Below the pieces are notes generated by a model. It made no database searches, was not told the DNA's origin, and saw only the letters and a list, made by a program, of their open reading frames with translations. The translations under genes were made by a program, and so were the position numbers. From assembly GCA_041496385.1 (NCBI GenBank), contig JBGQEL010000002.1, forward strand, positions 14,543 to 78,542: a DNA stretch of 64,000 nucleotides, given 5' to 3'. This DNA comes from Candidatus Methylomirabilia bacterium. Its GTDB lineage: Bacteria; Methylomirabilota; Methylomirabilia; Rokubacteriales; CSP1-6. How positions within the stretch are numbered: position 1 is the stretch's first letter; every line of letters starts with the position of its first letter. This document shows, one piece after another, positions 49,239-61,578 of the stretch.

Positions 49239-50393
49239 TCAGTCGGCGCGAACCAGCTTGCCGTTCTTCCAGACGGCCAGGAAGCCGCTCTCGCGACCGA
49301 GGGCCTCATGGTTGTCCTTGCTGTACGGCCGCGGCTTCATCTTGGTGACGGGATCGGTGAAATCGCTGATCTCCTCGAGCGCGTCGCGGATCTTCTTCGG
49401 GTCCGGCCCGACGCGGTCGAGCGCGCGCAGCACCAGGCGGGCGCCGTCATAGGTCTGCGCCGTCGCCACCGGGTGGAAGTCGCCGCCCTGGTCCTTGAAC
49501 CGCTGGTCGACCTTGGCGTGGAGCTTCTTGGCGTTCTCGCTGTGGTCCGGCGTGTACGAGGTGACCGCCATGACCCCCTCGACGAGGTCCTTGCCGCCGA
49601 GCTTCAGGAAGTTCGGCGCGATGAGCGCCCACGTCGACGTCCACGGCGTCTTGAGCCCGACCTTCTGCATGCTCTTCGCGATCTGCACGCCCGCGGGCGC
49701 CAGCGAGTAGGAGATGATGAAGTCCGCCTTCGCGTCCTTCATCTTCGTGAGCTGCGAGGTCATGTCGGTGTCGTTCTGGTCGAAGACCTCGGGTCCCGCG
49801 ACGACCTGGATGTTCGCTTCCTTCATGAGCCGGATCGCCGTGTCGCGGCCGCTCTGCCCCCAGCCCGTCGAGTCGTGCATGAGCCCGACGCGCTGGTACT
49901 TCTTTTTCTGGATGTGGTCGATCATGAACGAGGTCTGGATGCCGTCGTTCAGCGACACGCGGAAAATGTAGCTCTTCGGCGCCTTCGCGTACCGCTCGAT
50001 GATCGGCTCCGCGGTGGCGATCGTGTCCATCAACGGCACTTCCATCTTCTGGGCGATGTCGATGATGGCGAGCGCCACGCCCGAGTTGACCGGCCCGACG
50101 ACGGCGAAGGCCTTGTCGCGGGTGATCATCCGGGTGATGTTCTCGACGCCCTTGGCCGGCTTGGTCTCATCGTCGTAGACGACCATCTCGACCTTCTGGC
50201 CCTTGTACCCGCCCCGGGCGTTGTACTCCTCTACCGCGAGCGTCAGGCCCATCAGCGCCGCCTTGCCGTAGTCGTCGGTCCCGCCGGTCAGCGAGAGCGT
50301 CGAGCCGATCTTGAGGTCGGCGGCGACGACCGGCGCCGCCAGCAGCAGGAGCAGGGCCAGGACGAGAACGCCTGTCTTCTTCGGATCCGGCAT
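49239..50393 (-). CDS. LivK-type ABC substrate-binding protein
   Basis: Signal peptide; AVEEYNARGG, YDDETKP, GPVNSG, TDMTSQL. Confidence 0.9.
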   Translation of the reverse strand: MPDPKKTGVLVLALLLLLAAPVVAADLKIGSTLSLTGGTDDYGKAALMGLTLAVEEYNARGGYKGQKVEMVVYDDETKPAKGVENITRMITRDKAFAVVGPVNSGVALAIIDIAQKMEVPLMDTIATAEPIIERYAKAPKSYIFRVSLNDGIQTSFMIDHIQKKKYQRVGLMHDSTGWGQSGRDTAIRLMKEANIQVVAGPEVFDQNDTDMTSQLTKMKDAKADFIISYSLAPAGVQIAKSMQKVGLKTPWTSTWALIAPNFLKLGGKDLVEGVMAVTSYTPDHSENAKKLHAKVDQRFKDQGGDFHPVATAQTYDGARLVLRALDRVGPDPKKIRDALEEISDFTDPVTKMKPRPYSKDNHEALGRESGFLAVWKNGKLVRAD

Positions 50394-50461
50394 ATGTGGG
50401 TCCCTCCAGGACGTGACGTCGGGCGCCCCGGCCGGGCGCGGCGTCGCAGAATCGCGTCGCG

Positions 50462-50490
50462 ACGATATGCGGAGGCGCCATGGTTGTCAA
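50462..50490 (-). promoter_or_regulatory. Sigma70-type promoter of the liv-type operon
   Basis: Minus strand TTGACA (50490-50485), 17 nt, TATCGT (50467-50462). Confidence 0.6.
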
Positions 50491-50534
50491 GGACGCCCTC
50501 GTCGGGCAAGATGGGCGGGCGAAGGGAGATCCTC

Positions 50535-51617
50535 ATGCACGTCGGGATGGCCACCGTTTTCCAGAATCCGAAGCGCGGGCGCAGCGACCACGAGGTCTAC
50601 CGCAACGAGCTGCGGCTCGCGGATCTCGCCGAGCCGCTCGGCTTCGACTCGATCTGGGGCGTCGAGCACCACTTCACCGACTACACGATGTGCCCCGACG
50701 TCCTGCAGTTCCTCACCTACATGGCCGGGCGCACGCGGACGGCGAAGCTCGGCTCGATGGTCGTCGTGCTGCCCTGGCACGACCCGATGCGCGTCGCCGA
50801 AGAGGTGTCGATGCTCGACAACATCTGCGACGGCCGGCTCATCCTGGGGCTGGGACGCGGCGCGGGCCGGGTCGAGTTCGACGGCTTCCGCCTCTCCATG
50901 GACGAGTCGCGCGAGCGCTTCGTCGAATCGGCCGAGATGCTGCTGCGCGGCCTGGAGACCGGCTTCTGCGAGTACGCGGGCCGGTTCGTCCGGCAGCCGA
51001 GGGCCGCGATCCGGCCGGCGCCGTTCAAGAGCTTCCGCGGCCGCACCTACGCGGCGGCGGTCTCGCCCGAGTCGCTGCCCATCATGGCGGCGCTCGGCAT
51101 CGGCATGCTGATCATCCCGCAGAAGCCCTGGCACGAGGTCGCGAAGGAGCTCGACGTCTACCGGACCGAGTACCGCCGGGTCAACGGCGCCGAGGCGCCG
51201 CCGCCGGTCTGCGCCGGCTGGACCTTCTGCGACGAGAGCGCCGAGCGCGCCCACGAGCAGGCGCGCCGCTGGATCGGCGGCTACTACCAGACGGTCCTCG
51301 ACCACTACCAGTTCGCGGGCGACCACCTCAAGACGACGAAGGGCTACGAGTACTACGGCAAGATGGCCGAGAAGATCGAGACCTACGGCACCGACAAGGT
51401 GATCGACTACTTCATGAACCTCCAGGTGTGGGGCACGCCCGAGCAGTGCTACGCGAAGATCCTCGACGTGCGGCGCCGCGTCGGCCACGAGACGTTCGTC
51501 GGCGTCTTCAGCTACGCCGGCATGGAGTACGGCGAGGCGGAGCGCAACATGCGCCTCTTCGCCCGGACGGTGATGCCCGAGCTTCGCCGGCTCGCACCCG
51601 AGCCCGCGCTCGCCTGA
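50535..51617 (+). CDS. LLM-class flavin-dependent monooxygenase
   Basis: LAEPLGFDSIWGVEHHF, LPWHDPMRVAE, GRLILGLGRG. Confidence 0.9.
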   Translation: MHVGMATVFQNPKRGRSDHEVYRNELRLADLAEPLGFDSIWGVEHHFTDYTMCPDVLQFLTYMAGRTRTAKLGSMVVVLPWHDPMRVAEEVSMLDNICDGRLILGLGRGAGRVEFDGFRLSMDESRERFVESAEMLLRGLETGFCEYAGRFVRQPRAAIRPAPFKSFRGRTYAAAVSPESLPIMAALGIGMLIIPQKPWHEVAKELDVYRTEYRRVNGAEAPPPVCAGWTFCDESAERAHEQARRWIGGYYQTVLDHYQFAGDHLKTTKGYEYYGKMAEKIETYGTDKVIDYFMNLQVWGTPEQCYAKILDVRRRVGHETFVGVFSYAGMEYGEAERNMRLFARTVMPELRRLAPEPALA

Positions 51618-52477
51618 TGGCCTTCGCCGAGATCCGCTACGACGTGGCCGAGTCCGTCGCCACGGTGACGCTGCACCGCCCCGAGAAGCTCAACGCGGTC
51701 ACGACCACCATGATCGACGAGCTGCTCGAGGCGCTGGACCGGGCCGACGCCGACGACGGCGTGCGCGCCGTGATCGTCACGGGCAGCGGCCGCGCCTTCT
51801 GCGCGGGCGCCGACCTGTCGGCCGGAAGCGGGACCTTCGACGCGACGGCGCGCGACCGCGCCGAGCGCGCGGAGGACCACGAGGACGGCGGCGGGCGCGT
51901 CACGCTCCGCCTCTTCGACCTGACGAAGCCCGTGATCGCGGCGATCAACGGCCCGGCCGTCGGCTTCGGCGTCACGCTCACGCTGCCGATGGACGTCCGG
52001 ATCGCGTCGGCGACGGCGCGCCTCGGCTTCGTCTTCGCCCGGCGCGGCGTCGTGCCCGAGGCCTGCTCGACGTGGTTCCTCCCGCGCCTCGTCGGGATCG
52101 CGCGGGCCGCCGAGTGGGTCTACACCAGGCGCGTCTTCGACGCGGAGGAGGCGCGCGCCGGCGGCCTCGTGAGCCGTGTCGTCGCGCCCGACGCGCTGCT
52201 CCCGACCGCGCGCGCCCTGGCGCGCGAGATCGCCGACAACACCTCCGCGGTCTCCGTCGCCCTCGCGCGCCAGATGCTCTGGAAACTGCTCGGCGCCGAG
52301 CACCCGATGGAGGCGCACCGCCTCGACTCGCAGGGGATGTTCTGGACGGGCCGCTCCGCCGACGCCCGCGAGGGCGTCGGCGCCTTCCTCGAGAAGCGTC
52401 CGGCGCGCTTCGCGAGCGGGCCGAGCAAGGACATGCCGCCCTTCTACCCGTGGTGGACGCCGAGGACCTTCCGGTGA
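51617..52477 (+). CDS. Enoyl-CoA hydratase/crotonase
   Basis: HRPEKLNA, AFCAGADL, KPVIAAINGPAVG, PEACSTWFLPR. Confidence 0.93.
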   Translation: MAFAEIRYDVAESVATVTLHRPEKLNAVTTTMIDELLEALDRADADDGVRAVIVTGSGRAFCAGADLSAGSGTFDATARDRAERAEDHEDGGGRVTLRLFDLTKPVIAAINGPAVGFGVTLTLPMDVRIASATARLGFVFARRGVVPEACSTWFLPRLVGIARAAEWVYTRRVFDAEEARAGGLVSRVVAPDALLPTARALAREIADNTSAVSVALARQMLWKLLGAEHPMEAHRLDSQGMFWTGRSADAREGVGAFLEKRPARFASGPSKDMPPFYPWWTPRTFR

Positions 52478-53328
52478 CGCCGCTCGCGGTCTACCTGCCG
52501 TTCAACCGCGACTGCCTCCGCGGCGAGTTCACGCCCGCCAAGCGCGGCGGCACGCCCCCGGACCGGCGCGGCCACTGGCTCGTCGTCCAGGATCAGAAGC
52601 TCGTTGTCGCGGACGAGGGCGACGGCTTCCGGCTGCCGACGGGCGAGGCGGGCTTCGGCAACGCACTCGGGCCCGCGCACTGGCTCGGCACGTGGGCGGA
52701 CACGCCGTGCTGGGTCGCGGGGCTCCCGAAGGACGCGCCCGTCCCGCCGGGCTTTCACGCCGAGACCCTCGTCCCCATGCAGGGCACGCGCCTGCCCGAC
52801 GACCTCCTCTCGCTCGGCGGCATGGCCATGCAGCTCCTGTACTGGGAGGGGACGAGCCGTCACTGCCCGCGTTGCGGCGCGGCGACGGAGCGCCTCGAGG
52901 GCGAATGGGGCAAGCGCTGCCCCGCCTGCCGCTACGAGCACTACCCGCACCTCCACCCCGCGGTGATCGTGCTCGTGCGCGACGGCGAGCGCGTGCTCCT
53001 CGCGCGCAAGTCGATGTGGGCGCCAGGTCGCTACGCGCTCGTCGCGGGGTTCGTGGACAACGGCGAGTCGCTGGAGGGCGCCGTCGCGCGCGAGGTCAAG
53101 GAAGAGGTCGGCGTTGACGTGAAGGACATCCAGTACGTCGGGAGCCAGAACTGGCCCTTCCCGAGCCAGCTCATGATCGGCTTCGTCGCCCACTACGCGG
53201 GCGGCGAGATCGCCATCGACACGGAAGAGCTGGAGGACGCGCGCTGGTTTCCGTGCACGGACCTGCCGACCGGGCCCGCGCGCCATTCGATCGCCGGCTG
53301 GATCATCGAGCACTACGCGCGCCGCTAG
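52474..53328 (+). CDS. nudC: NAD(H) diphosphatase
   Basis: CPRCG...CPAC zinc finger; Nudix box GESLEGAVAREVKEEVG; SQNWPFP. Confidence 0.92.
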   Translation: MTPLAVYLPFNRDCLRGEFTPAKRGGTPPDRRGHWLVVQDQKLVVADEGDGFRLPTGEAGFGNALGPAHWLGTWADTPCWVAGLPKDAPVPPGFHAETLVPMQGTRLPDDLLSLGGMAMQLLYWEGTSRHCPRCGAATERLEGEWGKRCPACRYEHYPHLHPAVIVLVRDGERVLLARKSMWAPGRYALVAGFVDNGESLEGAVAREVKEEVGVDVKDIQYVGSQNWPFPSQLMIGFVAHYAGGEIAIDTEELEDARWFPCTDLPTGPARHSIAGWIIEHYARR

Positions 53329-53335
53329 CGCGGGA

Positions 53336-53803
53336 TCAGACCGCGCGCTCGAAGCCGTACTCCCGCGTCTGATTCGGATCGTGGGGCAGCGTCCGCGTGC
53401 CGGTCTTCCGGAAGCCCATGCGCGCGTAGAGCCGATGGGCCTGCTCGAACCGCGTGTCCGACCAGAGCACGAGCCGCGAGACCGCCCCGACCCGGCACCA
53501 CGCGAGGACCGCCTCGACGAGCGCCCGGCCGGCGCCCCGACCGCGCAGGTGGGCGTCGAGGTAGAGCCGGTGGAGCTCCGCGGCGGCCCCGGGGAGCCGC
53601 TCGACACCCGCCGAGCCGACGATCACGCCCTCGTGGTGGACGACGAAGAAGGCGCCCCGCGGCGGCGCGTAGTGGCGCTCGAACGCGAAGAGGTCGGGCA
53701 GCTCCGCGGCCGGCTCGAAGACGAAGCCGTACTCCGCGTACACGCGCCCGATGAGGGCGATCACGCCCGGGACGTTCGCGCGATCGGCCGGCGTCACGTT
53801 CAT
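53336..53803 (-). CDS. GNAT N-acetyltransferase
   Basis: ELHRLYL, RGRGAGRAL, AHRLYARMGF. Confidence 0.88.
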   Translation of the reverse strand: MNVTPADRANVPGVIALIGRVYAEYGFVFEPAAELPDLFAFERHYAPPRGAFFVVHHEGVIVGSAGVERLPGAAAELHRLYLDAHLRGRGAGRALVEAVLAWCRVGAVSRLVLWSDTRFEQAHRLYARMGFRKTGTRTLPHDPNQTREYGFERAV

Positions 53804-54657
53804 ACCGTCCTCCTGGGAAGCACGATGATCGCCAGGCCGAGCAGCACCAGCGCCATGCCCGCGAGCCGGTACGGGCCGAAGCGCTCGCCGAACACGATCG
53901 ACGACGAGCAGGCGCCGACGAACGGCACCAGGAGCGCGAACGGCGCGACGGTCGCCGCGGTGTAGCGGCGCAGCAGGCCGCCCCAGATCGCGTAGGCGAC
54001 GACGGTCGCCACGAGGCCGAGGTAGACCGTGGCGCCGACGCCGAGCCACGAGGCCGTCGAGACCGCCCGCCCGAGCGACGCCGGTCCGTCGAGCAGCATC
54101 GACAGCGCGAGCGCGGGGAACGGCGGCACCAGGCTGAGCCATACCATGAGATTCAGCATCTCGACTGCGGCGAGCCGCTTCAGCAGGACGTTGCCGATCC
54201 CCCAGCTCACGGCCGACAGCATCGCGAGGCCGAAGCCCACGAGCGCCAGATCATGCCCCGCCGTGAGCGCGATCGAGACGAGACCCGCGCCCGCGACGCC
54301 CATTCCGATCACGTGTCGCCGCGTCGGCCGCTCCCGAAGCACCAGGGCCGCGAACAGGACCGTGAAGAAGGCCTGCGTCTGAACGGCGACCGCGGCGAGC
54401 CCGGGCGGCATGCCGTGCGCGATGCCGAAGAACTGGAACAGGAACTGGCCGGCGAAGAGCGTCAGGCCGATCGGCACGAGTGCCGACCAGGGGACCGCCG
54501 GGCGCGCGAGCGACAGGGCGGGAACGGACGCGATCAGGAATCGCATGACGGTCAGCTGGGGCGGCGAGAAGCTCTCGAGCCCGATCTTGGTCGCGACGAA
54601 CGCGACCCCCCAGACGACCGCGACGAGCACCCCGAGCGCGATGTGGCGCGGGCTCAC
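53800..54657 (-). CDS. EamA/DMT exporter (close to the O-acetylserine/cysteine exporter type)
   Basis: [40 protein letters not shown]. Confidence 0.88.
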   Translation of the reverse strand: MSPRHIALGVLVAVVWGVAFVATKIGLESFSPPQLTVMRFLIASVPALSLARPAVPWSALVPIGLTLFAGQFLFQFFGIAHGMPPGLAAVAVQTQAFFTVLFAALVLRERPTRRHVIGMGVAGAGLVSIALTAGHDLALVGFGLAMLSAVSWGIGNVLLKRLAAVEMLNLMVWLSLVPPFPALALSMLLDGPASLGRAVSTASWLGVGATVYLGLVATVVAYAIWGGLLRRYTAATVAPFALLVPFVGACSSSIVFGERFGPYRLAGMALVLLGLAIIVLPRRTV

Positions 54658-54676
54658 GGCCGCCGCGCGCCCGGGC

Positions 54677-55579
54677 TCAGCGCACGACGCGAAGACCGCC
54701 GGGCCGGACGGAGATCGTCACGGGCGCCTGTCCGGCGGCTTCGCCGTCAGCGTGGACCGGCAGCTCGGTCTCGATGGTCACCGACCGCTCGCGCCGCACC
54801 GTCACCTTCGGGTTCCGGACGTGAGCGCCGCGGTAGACGGCCGGAAGCCAGCGGAGCAGCTCGAGCCGGCCGAGGGCGCCGAGCACGACGAGGTCGAGCA
54901 GGCCGTCGCACGGGTCGGCGCCGGGCGCGATCTTCATTCCCCCGCCGTAGTGCGCGCCGTTGGCGGCCACCGCCATCGTGAGCCGACCCGACCACACGAT
55001 CCGTCCGTCCGCCCGGATCACCGCGGGCGCCGCGCGGTACGTGCCCACGGTCTCGAGCACCGCGGCGACGTACGGCACGGTGCCGCCCCAGTGCCAGGCG
55101 GCCGCGCGCCGCGCGACGACGGCGTCGAACCCGACGCCCGCGGCGTTCAGGAAGCAGCGCAGCCGCCCGTCGGCCCAGCTCACGACGCCCAGGTCCACCC
55201 GCCGCGCCTCGCCCGCGAGCGCGCGGTCGAGCGCGACGCGCGGATCGGGCGCGAAGCCGAGGTTGCGACACGCGTCGCGCCCGCGCCCGGTGACGATCGC
55301 GCCGAGCGCGGGCGCGGCCTCGCTCCCGGCGCGCGCGAGGCCGTTCGCGACCTCGTTCAGCGTGCCGTCGCCGCCCACCGCGACCACCACGGGCCAGCCC
55401 TCCGCCGCGGCCTTCCGCGCGAGCGCCGTGGCCTCGCCGGGCGCCCGCGTCTCCGCGACGGCGCACGCCGGCGCGCGCCGCGCCAGCTCCGCCCGCAGCC
55501 CGGGCCAGATCCGGCGCGTGCGCCCGCCGCCGGCCGCGGGGTTCACGACGAAGAATGCGCGCGGGGCGGGCCCTTCCAT
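54677..55579 (-). CDS. Diacylglycerol/lipid kinase family protein (YegS/DgkB-like)
   Basis: [34 protein letters not shown]. Confidence 0.9.
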   Translation of the reverse strand: MEGPAPRAFFVVNPAAGGGRTRRIWPGLRAELARRAPACAVAETRAPGEATALARKAAAEGWPVVVAVGGDGTLNEVANGLARAGSEAAPALGAIVTGRGRDACRNLGFAPDPRVALDRALAGEARRVDLGVVSWADGRLRCFLNAAGVGFDAVVARRAAAWHWGGTVPYVAAVLETVGTYRAAPAVIRADGRIVWSGRLTMAVAANGAHYGGGMKIAPGADPCDGLLDLVVLGALGRLELLRWLPAVYRGAHVRNPKVTVRRERSVTIETELPVHADGEAAGQAPVTISVRPGGLRVVR

Positions 55580-55633
55580 TTCGCTGGCGGGAGGATACAA
55601 TCGGGGGCGCACCAAAGCCAGGGGAGGCCCCAC

Positions 55634-56842
<1,209 letters not shown>

Positions 56843-56865
56843 GGCGGAGCGCCGGAGGCTCGGCG

Positions 56866-58884
56866 ATGCCGCAGACGGCCGGCGTCCGCGTGGGTGTGGA
56901 CGTCGGCGGCACCTTCACCGACCTCGTGGCCTGGGACGCCGCGGGACGGATGAACACGCTCAAGGTCCCGACGACACCCCGGAACCCGGCCGGCGGCGTG
57001 CTCGACGGCCTCGCGGCCATCGCGCGCGCGGCCGGCTCCTGCGCGTCGCTCGCCCACGGGACGACCCTCGTCACCAACGCCATCGTCGAGCGGCGGGTCG
57101 GACCCGTCGGCCTCGTCACCACGCGGGGCTTCCGCGACGTCCTCGAGATCGGGCGCATGAACCGCTCGCACCTCTACCGGCTCGATCTGCCCGCCAGGCC
57201 CGAGCCCCTCGTGCCTCGACGGCTCCGCGCCGAGGTCGACGAGCGCGTCGGCCCGGACGGCTCGGTGCTCACGCCGCTCGACCTCGGCGGGCTGCCGGAG
57301 ATCATCGAGCGCTTTCGGCGCGAGGGCGTCGAGAGCGTGGCGGTCTGCCTGCTCCACGCCTACGCGAACCCTGCCCACGAGCAGGCGCTCCGCCTGGCGC
57401 TGGCCGCGCATTTCGCCCACGTGTCCGTCTCGAGCGAGATCAACGCCGAGTTCCGGGAGTACGAGCGGACGTGCACGACAGTGCTCAACGCGGCGGTGAT
57501 GCCGCTGGCGGCGCGCTACCTCGACGACCTGGCGGCCCGTCTCGCGGCCGGGGCCGGTGCGGTGCCGCTCCATCTCCTCCACTCCGCGGGCGGCATGATG
57601 TCGGTGGACGCGGCGCGGGCGCGGCCGCTCACGATGGCCATGTCCGGCCCCGCCGCCGGCGTGGCGGCGGCCGCCTACCTGAGTCGCGCGCTCGGCCTTC
57701 CCCGGGCGCTCGCCTTCGATATGGGCGGCACCACCACCGACGTCTGCCTCATCGCCGACGGCGCGCCGGAGACGGCGCGCCAGCGGAAGCTCGGCGACTA
57801 CCCCGTGCGGCTGCCGGCGGTCGCCGTCGAGTCGATCGGCGCCGGCGGGGGATCGATCGCCTGGGTCGAGGCCACCGGCGCGCTCAAGGTCGGGCCGCGG
57901 AGCGCCGGGGCCGTGCCCGGGCCGGCGTGCTACGGCCTCGGTGGAACGGAGCCCACGGTCAGCGACGCCAATCTGATCCTGGGCTATCTCAACCCCGAGC
58001 GGATCTACGGGGGATCGATCCGCCTCGATCGCGCGCGCGCCGAGCGGGCGCTCGAGCCCCTCCGCCGCCGCTTCGGGCTCTCGCTCCTCGACGCGGCGCA
58101 CGCCGTCGTCGAGGTCGCGAACGCCAACATGCAGCGTGCGCTGCGGCTCGTCTCGGTGCAGCGCGGCTACGATCTGCGCGAGTTCACGCTGATCGCCTAC
58201 GGCGGCGCCGGGCCCGTGCACGCGGGCGCGCTCGCGCGCGAGGCCGGGATCGCGCGCATCGTCGTGCCCGCGCACTCCGGCGCCTTCTCGGCGCTCGGCT
58301 GCCTCGTCTCTCCGCTCCGCTACGACGCGGTGCAGACCCACCGGATGCGCCTCGAAGCCTGGGAGGGGAAGATCGTCGCCGACCGCTTCCGAGGGCTGGA
58401 GGCGCAGTGTGTGGCGCCGCTCCTCGACGAGGGGCATTCCGCCGACCGCCTGCTGGTCCGGCGAAGCGCCGATCTCCGCTACGCCGGCCAGAACTACGAG
58501 CTGGAGGTCGACGGGGGCGACGGCACCCCGGACGCGCTGCGCGCGACGTTCGAGCGGCGCCACCGCCAGCTCTACGGCTACGCGAGCGGCGAGAGCGTCG
58601 AGTGCGTGAACCTCCGGGTGACGGCGCAGCTCGTCCGCGACGACGTCATGCTCCCACCGGTCGCGGCGGCCGTCCCCGCGGCCCTCGCGGGGACGCTCCA
58701 CGCCTACTTCCGCGAGACCGGCGCCGTCACGATGCCGCGCTACGAGCGCGGAGCGCTGTCCGCCGACCAGGCGATCGCCGGCCCGGCGTTGATCGAGGAC
58801 GAGTCGTCGACGACGCTCGTCTATCCGGGCCAGCGCTGCCAGGCCGATCGGCTCGGCAACCTCCTCATCGAGGTCGGCGCGTGA
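56866..58884 (+). CDS. Hydantoinase/oxoprolinase subunit A
   Basis: DVGGTFTD, SGPAAGV, DMGGTTTD, IGAGGGS, PGPACYG, YGGAGPVH. Confidence 0.93.
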   Translation: MPQTAGVRVGVDVGGTFTDLVAWDAAGRMNTLKVPTTPRNPAGGVLDGLAAIARAAGSCASLAHGTTLVTNAIVERRVGPVGLVTTRGFRDVLEIGRMNRSHLYRLDLPARPEPLVPRRLRAEVDERVGPDGSVLTPLDLGGLPEIIERFRREGVESVAVCLLHAYANPAHEQALRLALAAHFAHVSVSSEINAEFREYERTCTTVLNAAVMPLAARYLDDLAARLAAGAGAVPLHLLHSAGGMMSVDAARARPLTMAMSGPAAGVAAAAYLSRALGLPRALAFDMGGTTTDVCLIADGAPETARQRKLGDYPVRLPAVAVESIGAGGGSIAWVEATGALKVGPRSAGAVPGPACYGLGGTEPTVSDANLILGYLNPERIYGGSIRLDRARAERALEPLRRRFGLSLLDAAHAVVEVANANMQRALRLVSVQRGYDLREFTLIAYGGAGPVHAGALAREAGIARIVVPAHSGAFSALGCLVSPLRYDAVQTHRMRLEAWEGKIVADRFRGLEAQCVAPLLDEGHSADRLLVRRSADLRYAGQNYELEVDGGDGTPDALRATFERRHRQLYGYASGESVECVNLRVTAQLVRDDVMLPPVAAAVPAALAGTLHAYFRETGAVTMPRYERGALSADQAIAGPALIEDESSTTLVYPGQRCQADRLGNLLIEVGA

Positions 58885-60506
58885 ACCTCCATCCGGCGAC
58901 GCTCGAGGTCGTCCGCAACGCGCTCTACGCGATCGCCGAAGAGATGAGCGTGATCGTCATGCGCTCGGCCCGCTCGCCGCTCCTCAAGGAGGCGGGCGAT
59001 CTCTCCTCGGCGCTGACCGACGACGCGGGGCGGCTCATCGCGCAGGGGCGTGACATCCCGATCCATCTGGGCGTGATGGGGTTCACGGTGAAGGAGTTCC
59101 TCAAGCGCGCGCCGCCCGCGCGGCTGCGCGAGGGCGACGTATGGTTCCTCAACCTCCCCGAGGTCGGGGGCAACCACCTGCCCGACGTGAAGGCTCTACG
59201 CCCGGTGTTCGTCGGCGGCCGGCTCGTCGCCTTCGCGATCAACCTCGCGCACTGGGCGGACATCGGCGGCGCCGTGCCGGGCAGCTACGTGCCGTGGGCG
59301 ACGGAGTGTTACCAGGAGGGGCTCCGGATCGCGCCGATCCGGCTCTTTACCGCCGACGGTCCCGAGCGTGATGCGATCGATCTCGTCCTGGCCAACCTGC
59401 GCGGACGAGACGAACGCGAGGGCGATATCTTTGCCCAGTTCGCCGCCAACGACGTCGCCGCCCGGCGGCTCCAGGAGCTCTTCGGGCGCTACGGCGTCGA
59501 GACGGTCAGCGCCTGCTTCGAGCGCCTGCACACCGAGTCGGAGACGGAGATGCGGCGCGCGATCCGCGCCCTGCCCGACGGCGTCTGGGAGGGCGAGGAC
59601 TGGGTCGACGACGACGGGGTCGACGATGGGCCCATCCGCATCCACGTGCGGGTCGAGATCGCCGGCGACGAGGCTCGCTTCGACTTCAGCGGCACGGCGC
59701 CCCAGGTGCGCGGCCCCGTGAACACGACGTACTTCATCGCGTGCTCGGCGGTCTACTACGCGATGAAGGCGCTCGTCGCGCCGGAGGTGCCGCCGAACGA
59801 CGGCTGCTACCGGCCGCTGCACGTCCTGGTGCCGCCGGGCACGGTGCTGAGCGCGGACCCCGACCGTCCGGTGGTCGGCGGCAATCACGAGACCTCGCAG
59901 CGCGTCGTGGACGCGATCATCAAGGCGCTCGCGCCCGTCCTGCCCGATCGCGTCTCCGCCGGCGGGCCGACCACGTCGGGCGTCCTGATCTTCGGCGCGC
60001 GCCAGCCGGACGGCCGCTGGGCGATCTTCTACGAGGTCCACGGCGGCGGCGAGGGTGCCACCGCAGGCAAGGACGGCGCCTCGGCGATACGCGTGCACAT
60101 GTCCAACGTCATGAACACGCCGGTCGAGGTCATCGAGGGCGAGTACCCGATCATGGTCGAGGAGCAGGCGCTGCGTCCGGACTCGGGCGGCGACGGCGCG
60201 CACCGTGGCGGGCTGGGGTTCCGGCGCGCGTACCGGGTCGTGGCGCCCGAGATGACGCTCACGAGCATGCTCGACCGGCGGGTGGTGCCGCCCTACGGGC
60301 TCGCCGGCGGCCGGGATGCCGCGCCCTTCCGGATAACGCTGAACCCGGGTCCCCGCGCGCGCGTGGTCCGCGGCAAGGAGACGGTGCGCCTCACCGCCGG
60401 CGATCTGCTGGTCATCGAGACGTGCGGGGGCGGGGGCTACGGGCCCCCGGCCGCGCGGCCGGCGGAGATGCGCGCGCGCGACCGCGCGGAAGGATACGTC
60501 GGATGA
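58881..60506 (+). CDS. Hydantoinase/oxoprolinase subunit B
   Basis: GNHLPD, HWADIGG, YQEGL, NTPVEVIE, GGGGYG; GTGA overlap. Confidence 0.93.
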   Translation: MNLHPATLEVVRNALYAIAEEMSVIVMRSARSPLLKEAGDLSSALTDDAGRLIAQGRDIPIHLGVMGFTVKEFLKRAPPARLREGDVWFLNLPEVGGNHLPDVKALRPVFVGGRLVAFAINLAHWADIGGAVPGSYVPWATECYQEGLRIAPIRLFTADGPERDAIDLVLANLRGRDEREGDIFAQFAANDVAARRLQELFGRYGVETVSACFERLHTESETEMRRAIRALPDGVWEGEDWVDDDGVDDGPIRIHVRVEIAGDEARFDFSGTAPQVRGPVNTTYFIACSAVYYAMKALVAPEVPPNDGCYRPLHVLVPPGTVLSADPDRPVVGGNHETSQRVVDAIIKALAPVLPDRVSAGGPTTSGVLIFGARQPDGRWAIFYEVHGGGEGATAGKDGASAIRVHMSNVMNTPVEVIEGEYPIMVEEQALRPDSGGDGAHRGGLGFRRAYRVVAPEMTLTSMLDRRVVPPYGLAGGRDAAPFRITLNPGPRARVVRGKETVRLTAGDLLVIETCGGGGYGPPAARPAEMRARDRAEGYVG

Positions 60507-61282
60507 AGCTCGCAGACCGGATCGCCGTCGTCACGGGCGCCGCCAAGGGCATGGGCCGGGACATCTGCCTGGCACTCGCGGGCGAGGGCGCGCATCTGGC
60601 ACTCGCCGCCCGCGAGGCGGGGCCGCTCGAGGCGCTCGCGCGCGAGGTGGAGGCGCTCGGTCGCCGGGCGCTCGCCATTCCGACGGACGTCACCGACGAG
60701 CCCGCGGTCGAGCGCCTGGTCGCGCGCGCGCGTGAGACCTTCGGGCGCCTCGACATCCTGGTCAACGCGGCCGGCATCACCGGGCCCATCGAGACCCCGG
60801 TGTGGGAGATCAAGGCCGACGACTTCGACCACGTCATCGCGGTGAACCTGCGCGGCACGTTCCTCCCGACCAAGCACGTGCTGCCGATCATGATCCAGCA
60901 GCGCTACGGCAAGATCGTGAACATCAGCGGCACCTCGGGGCTCCGGGGCTACAAGTACCGGGCGGCCTACTCGTCGTCCAAGTGGGCGCTGCGCGGTTTC
61001 ACGCGCACCGTGGCGCTCGAGGTGGGCCGGTACAACATCAACGTCAACGCGCTGCACCCCGGCATCGTCGCCGGCGACCGCATGGACAAGCTCTGCCGCG
61101 AGAAGGCGAAGACGCGCGGCTGGACGCCCGAGCGCGTGTACCAGGAGTACGTGGACGAGATGGCGCTCCGGCGCGTCACGACGTCGCGGGACATCGCCAA
61201 CGCGGCGATCTTCCTCGCCTCCGACGACTCGTCGAACATGACGGGGCAATCGGTGACGGTCGACGGCGGCTGGGACGTCTAG
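60503..61282 (+). CDS. Short-chain dehydrogenase/reductase
   Basis: TGAAKGMG, LVNAAG, YSSSK, VDGG. Confidence 0.93.
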   Translation: MKLADRIAVVTGAAKGMGRDICLALAGEGAHLALAAREAGPLEALAREVEALGRRALAIPTDVTDEPAVERLVARARETFGRLDILVNAAGITGPIETPVWEIKADDFDHVIAVNLRGTFLPTKHVLPIMIQQRYGKIVNISGTSGLRGYKYRAAYSSSKWALRGFTRTVALEVGRYNINVNALHPGIVAGDRMDKLCREKAKTRGWTPERVYQEYVDEMALRRVTTSRDIANAAIFLASDDSSNMTGQSVTVDGGWDV

Positions 61283-61321
61283 CGGTCGGCGACGCGAACG
61301 AGGCTCGAGAGGCCATAAGGC

Positions 61322-61570
61322 ATGGACGATAGCGAGGAGATCCGCCAGCTGTTGCGCGACATCCGGGACGCGCAACGCGAGCAGCTGGCCGAATACCGAC
61401 AGGTCACGCAACGCTCGCTGGAGCTCCAGCAGCGTGCCGTCGCGCGCCAGGAGCAGGTCGGCCGCTTCATGCGACGCATCCTCCTCGCCGGAGGCGTCCT
61501 CGTGGCGGCGCTGCTTGTCTTGCTCGTCTACCTGCTCGTACGCTGGTCGAAATATCTCTTCGGCGTCTAG
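61322..61570 (+). CDS. Small coiled-coil protein with C-terminal TM helix
   Basis: Fills the gap between operon genes; Gln/Arg/Glu-rich helix then a hydrophobic segment. Confidence 0.65.
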   Translation: MDDSEEIRQLLRDIRDAQREQLAEYRQVTQRSLELQQRAVARQEQVGRFMRRILLAGGVLVAALLVLLVYLLVRWSKYLFGV

Positions 61571-61578
61571 AGAACATC